A stretch of DNA of 51,259 bases from a virus, in the IMG/VR virus record IMGVR_UViG_3300028706_000004. One strand, written 5' to 3'. The translations under genes and the position numbers were made by a program. Below are positions 38,001 through 45,756 of the stretch, piece after piece; the stretch's first letter is position 1; every line of letters starts with the position of its first letter. The notes under the pieces were generated by a model, which saw nothing but the letters and a program-made list of their open reading frames with translations, had not been told where the DNA came from and ran no database searches.

Positions 38001-39586
38001 GGTTCAGGAGTCGGAGCGCCGGGCTGTTCGACTTCGGGTTGAGGTTCGGGTTCCGCAGCGAAGGCCACCTCGATTTGCTGACCAGCCTCCAATTCGATCT
38101 CAACTTCAAGGGCATCAACTGCGATAGCGACAGTGGCTTCTTCAATCTCCGCAATTTCAACTGCTTCTTCAGAGAAGCTCAACAATGATTGAACCTCTTC
38201 GGGCTCTCCCTCCTCTTCCGGCTGTTCCCACCGCTCAGGCGTTTCTTCTTCTACGATTACAGCTTCAATCTGAACAGATTTCTCTTCGTTTAAAACCAGC
38301 AAAGAAAACTTCTGTTCGGTTTCTTCTTCTGTCTGTTCCTCTATTGCCTCTTTAATCCTGTCCTGAGTAGAGCTGGGCTTCTCTGTTTCCGGAGTTGGAA
38401 TATCAATCTCTTCAACATCTGCGGAGAATGCCTCCACCCCGGGAGGGAGGAATACCAGCACCGGGTCCGCCGTACTCGGTCCTGAAATCAGGTAACGATA
38501 AGTAGCTCCTTCAATCTCATTGATAAACACGCCGTCGTAGTAGCCCAGCCTGTTACCAGATTCAGTTTCGATTTTGAGAGCCATTTGCTTGTCGCCGGAA
38601 GCGGCAACAGTAAGCATCGTTCCTGATTCTTCCCCATCTTCTTGAGGGCAGAAACTGCATGTGAATGGACCTGACCGAGAACGCATCGGAGTGAGCTCCA
38701 TGGTTCCTGTCCCACCAGACCATGCTTCCGACTGTTCGGTGGGGTTGGTGGCAGCCAATGCATATATCCACTGACCGTCTTTAGATACGTCAATCCAGCG
38801 TTCTTCGTTGGGCCAGTTAGAGTCATAGATATAGATGCGGTAGCCACCGGCCATTTCTTCGACCCGGTAAGGGGTGACGGCGTGGCCCCCCTGTTCGCTG
38901 TAAATACCGATTGTGAAGCCGGTGTGTGGGTTTCCCTTTTCTGCTTCTGAGAAGTCATAAAGAAGAACTTGTGCGAGCTCTGTTGGGGATTTCTCCAGAT
39001 AGGAAGAAGCTTCCTGCTGCACCTCCATAGCAAACTGCGTCACATACCAGTACGCGATCTCGGAGAGGAGTGCTGGGTCTTGCTTAATCAGTTCCGCGAC
39101 AGTTTGAGTATTCTGAAATGTTGCAAGAGTCTCTATGTCACCTGCAAGACGTAAACTCAGAACAGCCAAGCCTTCACATAGCCCACCACGCATTGACTTG
39201 TTGGCCTGTGACATCAACTGCAGAATCACCGGGTACGGCGTACATTTACCGTCAGTTACATCTGAACAGACCTGACTGTCACCATATAGGCGACGTGTCA
39301 TATTGACCGTTAAGTCTGCTGGGGCTTCCCCACCACTGAAGTTCTGAAACGAAAAGGTGTCATCGTTGGTTGTGTAGTTTGGGATGGCATGGTCGGCGAG
39401 GGGCGCTTTTTCTAATACCTCTGGAGCAACGGTCGACGTAGTTGAGATGACCCCATCGGTAGTTGTCGTGACGATTTTAGTAGTCGTTGGGGGGAACAGA
39501 GTGTCTGTTGGAGCAGTCGGTTCCGAACTAGAGCAGCCGGAAAGGACCAGAACGCCAGCCAAGAAGGCAGAGAGAAGCCGTTTCAT
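35093..39586 (-). CDS. large lipoprotein: Cys-His-Asp papain-like domain, acidic Trp-rich repeat stalk, C-terminal PPC-like domain
   Basis: Lipobox LVLSGC; GGLCEG / GGHAV / YDSN; E/W-rich repeats; DPYIYL...DDDGG...GDYVVQA...GWYRLTI. Confidence 0.75.
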   Translation of the reverse strand: MKRLLSAFLAGVLVLSGCSSSEPTAPTDTLFPPTTTKIVTTTTDGVISTTSTVAPEVLEKAPLADHAIPNYTTNDDTFSFQNFSGGEAPADLTVNMTRRLYGDSQVCSDVTDGKCTPYPVILQLMSQANKSMRGGLCEGLAVLSLRLAGDIETLATFQNTQTVAELIKQDPALLSEIAYWYVTQFAMEVQQEASSYLEKSPTELAQVLLYDFSEAEKGNPHTGFTIGIYSEQGGHAVTPYRVEEMAGGYRIYIYDSNWPNEERWIDVSKDGQWIYALAATNPTEQSEAWSGGTGTMELTPMRSRSGPFTCSFCPQEDGEESGTMLTVAASGDKQMALKIETESGNRLGYYDGVFINEIEGATYRYLISGPSTADPVLVFLPPGVEAFSADVEEIDIPTPETEKPSSTQDRIKEAIEEQTEEETEQKFSLLVLNEEKSVQIEAVIVEEETPERWEQPEEEGEPEEVQSLLSFSEEAVEIAEIEEATVAIAVDALEVEIELEAGQQIEVAFAAEPEPQPEVEQPGAPTPEPEPVRDTLDIAIQDNEGEVLAEVEVDMTDYRVTEQVFEEPTVTVPARPDEPVTTLPPQPEPEPVVVPVVIELTFDADAGEITTEEVEVEAWVASDAEYFQAVAEDRIEEVLGTSYVEEIESVEEWEAPESFEEDEIDFVEILLSVDEEYWEDEQWEEVEYTDEWFEDEQELMDDLFGEAVDVEELFEEVESFMAEVEEERIVFFEEHEELDEEEFWEEYEEEYYEEDFAFQEYDAELEEEMILEEMGLEEWNETLLGPSPTETVDWEEEDWIVYDEEMDSVWEEEMEDPTSWEESLLEELGVEEWPEDWGPSPTEAAEWTEDDWDTYDQEWAADEEAMILEEEGLDEWPEDWGPSPSETALWDDGDWQAYDDEMHSLWEEEQIAEEESWELNTEEEWDDWQEEFWPDDAEWCDECEEGPWDEEDWVTYDEEQEQAFFEMLEGLTEEEVEEFEEEVEEWTAEDEEALILEEMGLEEWPEDWGPSPSESWDWTEEDWVAYDEENEPLWEEFPDEEEWDTEDDPIEEDEWFEPGDEDAESDPDTSSETQVDEEQMDETELPSEEIEPEPEPEPEPEPEPEPEEPEWVDPYEGCRGTSACDSAPGGFETWEAYDAANDPTYYDDWGAPPGGYTTWAGFTLEVEAGIVPIDVAQEYLPEEVQEAYIPVVVPIAVYYPTITYTTTNAALSETISTSTTTAQTGTATTTAESGILTHNSNDGHWHLATTTATTVTTTHVDTTTVVARAGSDMTTCTFSDGVQQSCSTVRGWSPQTTTVTAGDAYTSASTTTAEAVNTEEGCSEGGWRGMGDWCIVQSSSRTDRDHIQFSLDEVTSVRIDAESNLTSAQFGSSNEAGDPYIYLNNDNDSDTGDHSGDTGAVTVGAQIETDDDGGSDCGSTCATPPSNAVDVDETPTITYCDTGGACSDGVAVIDNVSDQWDARIVRTDMAVGDYVVQAAVYNGNNSGWYRLTIEEVD
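36500..37290 (-). repeat. coding repeats, about 37 aa x4 plus a partial copy
   Basis: Consensus ILEExGLEEWPEDWGPSPxExxxWxEEDWxxYDEE. Confidence 0.8.
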
Positions 39587-39589
39587 GGC

Positions 39590-40030
39590 TTACCCTCGTT
39601 TACGTTTACTCTGGTACCAGATCAGAAAGCCGATAAAGATAACGATGCAGGCAGCAGCAATAATGACAGTGGCCGACCCCCCGGGGGCTCCACTCATATC
39701 AATGGAAAAGTTTTTGGCTCCGCCGCCGAGCAGGTCGTTCTCAGCCTTTAGTTCTGCTACGGCTTCTTCTAATTGGGCGACTTGATAGGACAGAGCTGCT
39801 TCCTCGTTGGAGTTTTGCCAAAGGAACCCAAAGGCGCCAGAAATGGCGGCTGGAAGTCCAAGGACCCAAGCAATGTTGTCCTTGCACTTTGTGAGTAGCT
39901 TTGTGGCCTTTTTCGCCTGACTCAGAGAAGCCTTTTTCTCGGGCTTCGCAGGGGTAGAGGCGGTTTCGGCCAGTGTTTCTTCAATAACAGCGGCGCTGCG
40001 CTTTAAATACTTTTGGAGGTCCCCATCCAT
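39590..40030 (-). CDS. membrane protein (2 TM with coiled coil between)
   Basis: Two hydrophobic helices; directly upstream of the lipoprotein. Confidence 0.65.
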   Translation of the reverse strand: MDGDLQKYLKRSAAVIEETLAETASTPAKPEKKASLSQAKKATKLLTKCKDNIAWVLGLPAAISGAFGFLWQNSNEEAALSYQVAQLEEAVAELKAENDLLGGGAKNFSIDMSGAPGGSATVIIAAACIVIFIGFLIWYQSKRKRG

Positions 40031-40080
40031 CCTTGCCCCCTATAACTAACAAGCCTAGGAGGCCATTTTACACTACAGAA

Positions 40081-40368
40081 CTAGACGACTCTGTTGGGTC
40101 CTTCGAGTTTTCCGACAATATTGATGAAATTTTCAGATAATTTCTTTAGATTCTCATACGGTTTCTTATCCGCCTCAGGGAAATCGTCTATTAGGGAAAC
40201 TCCTTCAACATCGGTTTGCCATAAAACATCAGGTTGTGTGAAATCCATAGCATCAGCATCTAACCCCATACCGAAAGCCAGTTCAAACATGGTCGTTTCA
40301 ACGTCTTTTCTAGCTCGCAGAAGAATCTGACGACGTTCCGCTGTTGTCATTGAATGTGGAATAGCCAT
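40081..40368 (-). CDS. hypothetical protein (possible fibre chaperone)
   Basis: Directly downstream of the Gly-rich fibre gene. Confidence 0.55.
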   Translation of the reverse strand: MAIPHSMTTAERRQILLRARKDVETTMFELAFGMGLDADAMDFTQPDVLWQTDVEGVSLIDDFPEADKKPYENLKKLSENFINIVGKLEGPNRVV

Positions 40369-40394
40369 AATGCATCACCAACTAGATTTTATCA

Positions 40395-41810
40395 TTAGAC
40401 AGCAGCATCAATATGGGTATATGTAGCGCTTGTCAAGGTTATGTTGCTTGTTATTGTCGAAGAAGCCGTGTCTGTGATTAGAACGATGCCACCGAAACGA
40501 CCCAGACCGCCTGTTGTTCCGGTCCCACCAGCACCGCCAGCACCGCCAGCGCCTCCCGGATCTTGGTTTCCTGCAGAGTGGTGAGCCCCATGGGACGGAT
40601 TGGTGTTTCCACCGGTTACCGGGTTGACATTTCCACCCGGATTTACATTGCCACCCGTCGGCGGATTGACATTTCCACCTTCGACTGGGTTGACATTTCC
40701 ACCGTGAGTCGGGTTGACATTTCCGCCGGGATTGGTGTTTCCACCTTCGACTGGGTTGACATTTCCACCGACCGGGGAATGGGTGGGTGGGCCGGGTCCG
40801 TAAGCCGTGTATGGATTTCCGGGAGAGTGGTACCCATTTGTTGGGTGATGGAAGCTCGGGTTGTGCGCTCCGTGTGAAACCGGGTTTCCCGGAGATTCCT
40901 TATGGTGAGACGGATTGACGTTTCCGCCCGTTACTGGGTTGACATTTCCACCCGGGTTGACAGTGCCGCCTTCGACCGGATTGACATTTCCACCGGTTAC
41001 CGGGTTGACATTTCCACCGGTTACTGGATTGACGTTTCCGCCGGGATTAACGTTTCCGCCCGTTACTGGGTTGGTATTTCCACCCCCGGCAGGAGTGTGC
41101 GAACCGGGATTAATCGCTCCCGCATTTCCCGGGTTTCCAGCAGCCCCAGTAGCTCCAGTAGACCCAGCAGACCCAGCTACTCCGGCACTAACAATCGTTC
41201 CAGAACCGCTAATCGTTTTGGCTGCCACTACAACCAAACCTCCGCCAGCGCCTCCAGCGCCACCAGAACCTGTGCCTCCCGTACTTCCGGGGTTTCCCGG
41301 ATTACCCAACGGTGGAGTTCCCGGCGCAGCACCACCTGCGCCTCCCGGACTTCCCCCAGTATCAGAACCGGTATCACCATCGCTGCCAGCTTCAAAACGT
41401 TTAAAACCGTCGGTGGGGTCCCAGTTCCAACCCTGAATAGCTTGCTCTAAGTCCTTCAATATCGACGCAGGAACTTGAGTTGCACCACCTGCGGTAGAAT
41501 CTCCCAAAACGTAGGTTTTAGGGATGCTTCCATCGTCAACACGACCAGTAACCGTTCCGAGCCCAACTGTATGTTGCACAGCAGAAGGCATACCCAAGGT
41601 TCCCGTTATGTCTAAGTCTCCAGTACAAAAAACACGGAATCCATTAGTAAATAGAATTGCACCACTTTGTATAGTGCAGGTCGTGTAGTACATGTCACGA
41701 GTCATTACGACGGTTCCAGTAATAGACGCGGCACCGTCAACGCCCGTTCCATAAATAATGTCGTTGCCGAGACGTTGAACAACGGGTCTGTTATGTCGAA
41801 TGATAGGCAT
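40395..41810 (-). CDS. glycine-rich virion/tail-fibre-like protein with GGNVNP repeat insertion
   Basis: YGTGVDG...MTRDMYY...TNGFRVF...GGAGGGLVVVAAKTISGSG glycine-rich scaffold; 16 GGNxNP repeats. Confidence 0.75.
   Translation of the reverse strand: MPIIRHNRPVVQRLGNDIIYGTGVDGAASITGTVVMTRDMYYTTCTIQSGAILFTNGFRVFCTGDLDITGTLGMPSAVQHTVGLGTVTGRVDDGSIPKTYVLGDSTAGGATQVPASILKDLEQAIQGWNWDPTDGFKRFEAGSDGDTGSDTGGSPGGAGGAAPGTPPLGNPGNPGSTGGTGSGGAGGAGGGLVVVAAKTISGSGTIVSAGVAGSAGSTGATGAAGNPGNAGAINPGSHTPAGGGNTNPVTGGNVNPGGNVNPVTGGNVNPVTGGNVNPVEGGTVNPGGNVNPVTGGNVNPSHHKESPGNPVSHGAHNPSFHHPTNGYHSPGNPYTAYGPGPPTHSPVGGNVNPVEGGNTNPGGNVNPTHGGNVNPVEGGNVNPPTGGNVNPGGNVNPVTGGNTNPSHGAHHSAGNQDPGGAGGAGGAGGTGTTGGLGRFGGIVLITDTASSTITSNITLTSATYTHIDAAV
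40590..41084 (-). repeat. two 60-aa arrays of GG(N/T)(V/T)NP(xx) repeats flanking a His-rich 45-aa spacer
   Basis: Arrays at 41084-40905 and 40769-40590, each with unit lengths 8-6-8-8-8-6-8-8. Confidence 0.9.
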
Positions 41811-42535
41811 TAGTCAACCTCAATGTAGATGGTTGTCCCATCAGTGTGGTTACCTGAACCGCTTCCTTTCGCCGCCGACAATGTCAAGTGTGTTTGGGCG
41901 TTGAACGTAGCTTCGTCATTTGACGAAAAGAAGATAATGGCACCTCCGCCCGCTTGGGCGCCCCCAGTTGCAGAAATCGTGCAAGCTCCTGCTGTGGAGA
42001 TGTATCGTGCTGCAACAATTACTACCCCTCCGCCAACCCCTTGACCAGTTGGACCACCTGCTCCACCCTGCAAATGAGTGGGAGTGGTTGCTGAAGCAGT
42101 AACCGCGTAACCACGAACAGCCTGAGCTGGATATCGCCAGTATGCGGTTCCGCCTTGTGCTGCCGTGGGGGCGGTAGCAGTGCCCCCATCAGCGGAACTA
42201 TCTGTGTTTCCGTTGCCACCGAGGCTGCATGTCGTATTAACTGTGACTGCCGCTCCAGCTTTTAGGGTACCCACAGCGGTTGAACCACCGGGAAGGCCGA
42301 TAACCGACGAAGCTCCCATAGTTAAAACGTTTTTTACAAATAACCGATACCCACCAGTATTTAGTGTGATACCACCATTAACAGTCAAGTTGTAGTAGTA
42401 CATGTCACTGGACATGGTGGCATTAGTAGCTATCGTTGCATCTAAATCTGCGCCTGAGCCATAAACGTCATCCGGGGAATCTAGGAAGCTTGCCAATTTT
42501 CCCGGCGAGTTGACCTTAACCCTGCCCCATGTCAT
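41810..42535 (-). CDS. glycine-rich virion protein, paralogue of 40395..41810 without the repeat insertion
   Basis: YGSGAD...MSSDMYY...TGGYRLF...GGGVVIVAARYI. Confidence 0.75.
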   Translation of the reverse strand: MTWGRVKVNSPGKLASFLDSPDDVYGSGADLDATIATNATMSSDMYYYNLTVNGGITLNTGGYRLFVKNVLTMGASSVIGLPGGSTAVGTLKAGAAVTVNTTCSLGGNGNTDSSADGGTATAPTAAQGGTAYWRYPAQAVRGYAVTASATTPTHLQGGAGGPTGQGVGGGVVIVAARYISTAGACTISATGGAQAGGGAIIFFSSNDEATFNAQTHLTLSAAKGSGSGNHTDGTTIYIEVD

Positions 42536-42876
42536 TAGGTGATCTCAATTCCGCTCACCGTCGCATTAACGCTAGAAGCGTTGCCACATAACATATGCAA
42601 CTCGTCTCCGGTGTTCATAACCATTGACATGTTGAGAAGCGTTGTTTCTTTTTCTGTAAGGGATAAGTCTTTGAATATCTGATGTGTGTCAGCAATGGTG
42701 ACACCGTTTGGCTTCAGTGTGAGGGTTACCGTCTGTGCTGAAGCTGTGATATTTGTCAGGACTATTTGTTTTACAATTGTTGATGTGCCGCCCCCTACTG
42801 TGTATTGGACGCCACCGTATGTACCCGTGTTGATTACAACTGCGGGTCCAGACAACCTTGTTTGTGTCAGTGCCAT
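42535..42876 (-). CDS. small beta-sandwich virion structural protein
   Basis: YTV...TIVKQIVLTN...VMNTGDEL...VNATVSGIEI, recognised from aquatic phage tail regions. Confidence 0.65.
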   Translation of the reverse strand: MALTQTRLSGPAVVINTGTYGGVQYTVGGGTSTIVKQIVLTNITASAQTVTLTLKPNGVTIADTHQIFKDLSLTEKETTLLNMSMVMNTGDELHMLCGNASSVNATVSGIEIT

Positions 42877-42929
42877 AGATTGGGTCCTTCCCGGAAAGCT
42901 GCACTCTTCTACATATTACCAGTCATACC

Positions 42930-43793
42930 CTACAACGTATTGCCCTTTGGGGGGTTTAACTCGCCGAAGATCCAATCGGATAGGCGTTTTTTGAAAGACT
43001 TCTGTTTTCCAGCCACAGGACACACTTCTGGAATCGGCGCATCCTTTTGTTCTCGACGGTAGGCACCACTTCTATCCGCAGGTATGCCGATAGGTGATTG
43101 CATGCCGAGATTTATTAACCATTCAGCTATTTTCGGCTGACCATACATAATATTTTGGTGATTTCGTGGAAATGTAATCATTTGGGCAATAGGCCAGCCC
43201 ATAGGGATCACGAATTCTTTGTCAGTGAAGATATTAATAACCCAATTCATAGTGTGGTAATAATCGGTATTGACAATCCCCGGCATGAGTGACCATTCCC
43301 GTGGTTCCTCCATCCAGCACGGTAATAGCAGTGTTGACCAGCCGGGAGCTGTTTTAATTGTCCACGGATTGACTACTTTGATGTGGTTACTCTCAGGCAG
43401 TCCACGTCCTTCGTTGAATGGACAGCCCGCTCCGCTGGATTCATAAGTAAAAATATCTACAGCGAGACCGTGATTTCTCTCGTCTCCAGCTATGTCCCAG
43501 CGAGCTTCCCATTTCTGTGCGTCTGCCGACGGTCGGAATCTAAGAGGGGCAGGTAATCTCCATGTGCCCCCCAAGGAAATGTAATCAGATGTTCCCTGAC
43601 AGGCTTTAAATCCGCCTCCTGCGTTTCTTCTCCAAGAAGGCCAAACCTTAGAGTTATCCAAGGGGGTTATTTTGGGGTCATAAAATCTGTCGTGTTGTGG
43701 ACTCAAAAGGATGTGACCCGGAGGTATCTCGATATCAGAAGCTAACAAATAGTCGTCGCCGAGAAGATCTTCTCCACGGATTTTGAAGTCCAT
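42930..43793 (-). CDS. DUF6065-like (dUTPase-like beta-clip) protein
   Basis: FKAC...PWTIKTAPGWSTLL...GIVNTD...IPMGWPIAQMITFPR. Confidence 0.6.
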   Translation of the reverse strand: MDFKIRGEDLLGDDYLLASDIEIPPGHILLSPQHDRFYDPKITPLDNSKVWPSWRRNAGGGFKACQGTSDYISLGGTWRLPAPLRFRPSADAQKWEARWDIAGDERNHGLAVDIFTYESSGAGCPFNEGRGLPESNHIKVVNPWTIKTAPGWSTLLLPCWMEEPREWSLMPGIVNTDYYHTMNWVINIFTDKEFVIPMGWPIAQMITFPRNHQNIMYGQPKIAEWLINLGMQSPIGIPADRSGAYRREQKDAPIPEVCPVAGKQKSFKKRLSDWIFGELNPPKGNTL

Positions 43794-43811
43794 ACGAATA
43801 CTTTAGTCTAA

Positions 43812-44507
43812 TTAGGCAGTTTTGACCGCCACAGAAACTCCAAGACCTGAAGCCATGTGGTACAGATTTGCATCTGCTCTATCTGTGAGATTCGAATACA
43901 AATTGACGTAGTCGTGAGCACTGTCGAACTCGAACCACCTACCATGATCGTTTGTACTGGTTAGGATTATTGATCCCCCTACCGGGAGCTGATCAAAGAT
44001 GTTCGTTACGATTTCAAAATTATGGTTTACCTGCGGCATGTGAATCGATGCCATATCGAAAGTCTTAGGAAAACTATTTAATTCGATCGCGCCCATCGTA
44101 ATGGTTTCGTATTCCAATCCAGACACGTCCATATGGCGTTCCATGTAATCCAAGTGCAGATTGTTAACCAAGGTTATGTTGCCTACGCCCAACTTGAGCG
44201 GACAATAGGGAATTCCGATCACAAGCAGTTCAGACGGAGCACTTAAACGAATCAGCATTTCCTGCATGCTCCGCATGTGTGCGTTGACCGCGTTAAAGCT
44301 CGGGGAGTTGGAAGCAACTCGCTCGTAGACGCACAGCTCGTCGTTGTAACCAACGGTCTCCGTGCTTCGATCCATCCCGTGTCCGGTTTCTTCGTTAACT
44401 ATTGCCGTAGCAGAAGCAATTTGTGCGTCAGAATCTAAGTTCGACGTATGGTCAGCTGAGGTGTATTTTTCTGCGACCTTTATCATGTCGATTGCATTCA
44501 GCGCCAT
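43812..44507 (-). CDS. degenerate class I SAM-methyltransferase-like protein
   Basis: PSELLVIG...FDMASI...QLPVGGSIIL strand pattern; SAM-binding Gly loop poorly conserved. Confidence 0.45.
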   Translation of the reverse strand: MALNAIDMIKVAEKYTSADHTSNLDSDAQIASATAIVNEETGHGMDRSTETVGYNDELCVYERVASNSPSFNAVNAHMRSMQEMLIRLSAPSELLVIGIPYCPLKLGVGNITLVNNLHLDYMERHMDVSGLEYETITMGAIELNSFPKTFDMASIHMPQVNHNFEIVTNIFDQLPVGGSIILTSTNDHGRWFEFDSAHDYVNLYSNLTDRADANLYHMASGLGVSVAVKTA

Positions 44508-44782
44508 TATCCGTTCCTAGCTGTCAGAAGGTCACGCTGGTATATGAATTTACGAGCGTTATCAAATTTTCGTTGTCTGGATCTATAAATGGTCCTTTGC
44601 GCCACTGTCCATCCTTCAGGAACATGGGGATCGCCGATACCGGCGTGAGCGGTGGCGATCAACTCTTTGAGGTCAGCATAAGTGATCGACCCAGCAGAGG
44701 TTTCGTCACCCCCAACGGAGGCGATTATGACCCCAAGCGAATTACAGATAGATGTGTAATTGGCGTCTGCATCGTAAGCCAT
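44507..44782 (-). CDS. hypothetical protein
   Basis: RBS GGAGGAGG; coupled to the next gene. Confidence 0.6.
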   Translation of the reverse strand: MAYDADANYTSICNSLGVIIASVGGDETSAGSITYADLKELIATAHAGIGDPHVPEGWTVAQRTIYRSRQRKFDNARKFIYQRDLLTARNG

Positions 44783-44785
44783 TGC

Positions 44786-44929
44786 TTATTCCTCCTCCGG
44801 TGGATTTAAAAGGGGATCATCTATTGTCATAACAGGAGAATCGTACATTGTGCATAACACGATAGAGTCGTCTGGTTGAACATCACGATCTAACGATGAA
44901 TCCCACTTTTCGGGTTTCACATCAGGCAT
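44786..44929 (-). CDS. 47-aa acidic microprotein
   Basis: MPDVKPEKWDSSLDRDVQPDDSIVLCTMYDSPVMTIDDPLLNPPEEE; RBS GGAG. Confidence 0.5.
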   Translation of the reverse strand: MPDVKPEKWDSSLDRDVQPDDSIVLCTMYDSPVMTIDDPLLNPPEEE

Positions 44930-44964
44930 AATAGGTTCTCCAGCGCAGTCCTACTTTCATTGTA

Positions 44965-45756
44965 TCAGTTGTCTTTCTCGACAATTTGGTCTTCAGTCTC
45001 CACACTTTCTACATCTACTTTGAGTGGAGTAGCCATAGGTGCCAGAGATCGACCATGACTCTGTGTGTCTCCCTGAATGTTTTCACATGTAATAAAGCTG
45101 TTGAGAATAAATTTGTCGGAAGATAACGGAGTTAGTCCGAGATGTGGATGCGTCCAAGCTGTAGGAAATACGGCCACACGGCCAGCAACAGCTGAAACGA
45201 TTTGTCTCTGTTCTGGAAACTTTGTGCCACCACCGGATTCCACAGTATTGAGATATATGATAATTCCAAGAACACGGGGTAAATCGTCCCCTGAAGCGTA
45301 CCTTTCCCATGGAGTTGCATCACAATGCTGTCTATACCATCCTCCGGCTTGGTGATAATGCTGCAGACGGAAACCAGTGTCACACAGACCCGGAGCAGTC
45401 CATAGTTCCCTGTATTGCTCCCTGTACTTAGCAATCGCCGTATACATCGCCCGTTGAGCTTGAACTCGCATGGACCCAAATACAGATACCGAATCAAGAT
45501 CTCTGTCCTGTAACCACGCCGGATCGATAGAGGCGTCCATGCTTTTTTTCATATCTGGACGAACACCACCCCAAGTGGGGCCGGGTTCAAACATCACCTC
45601 ATAATGTTGTTTACAAGCATCTAAAAATTCTTGACATAACGACTCTTCAATACTCCCATCAAGAGTAAGTAGGAAATTTCTAGTACCACCGGGAAAATCA
45701 AAAGAAAGAGTCACTTCACTGCTCCAATCTGGGAATGAGTTGTCCACCGAAATCAT
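44965..45756 (-). CDS. prolyl-4-hydroxylase-like 2OG-Fe(II) oxygenase
   Basis: HCD...IIYLNTVESGGGTKF...FPTAWTHPHLG...K. Confidence 0.88.
   Translation of the reverse strand: MISVDNSFPDWSSEVTLSFDFPGGTRNFLLTLDGSIEESLCQEFLDACKQHYEVMFEPGPTWGGVRPDMKKSMDASIDPAWLQDRDLDSVSVFGSMRVQAQRAMYTAIAKYREQYRELWTAPGLCDTGFRLQHYHQAGGWYRQHCDATPWERYASGDDLPRVLGIIIYLNTVESGGGTKFPEQRQIVSAVAGRVAVFPTAWTHPHLGLTPLSSDKFILNSFITCENIQGDTQSHGRSLAPMATPLKVDVESVETEDQIVEKDN

Noticed and set aside
40590-41084. Regularly spaced DNA repeats (GGGTTGACATTTCCACC) as a CRISPR array or iterons
   Set aside because: Units are 18 or 24 nt, in frame, vary at synonymous positions and have no unique spacers, so they are coding repeats.
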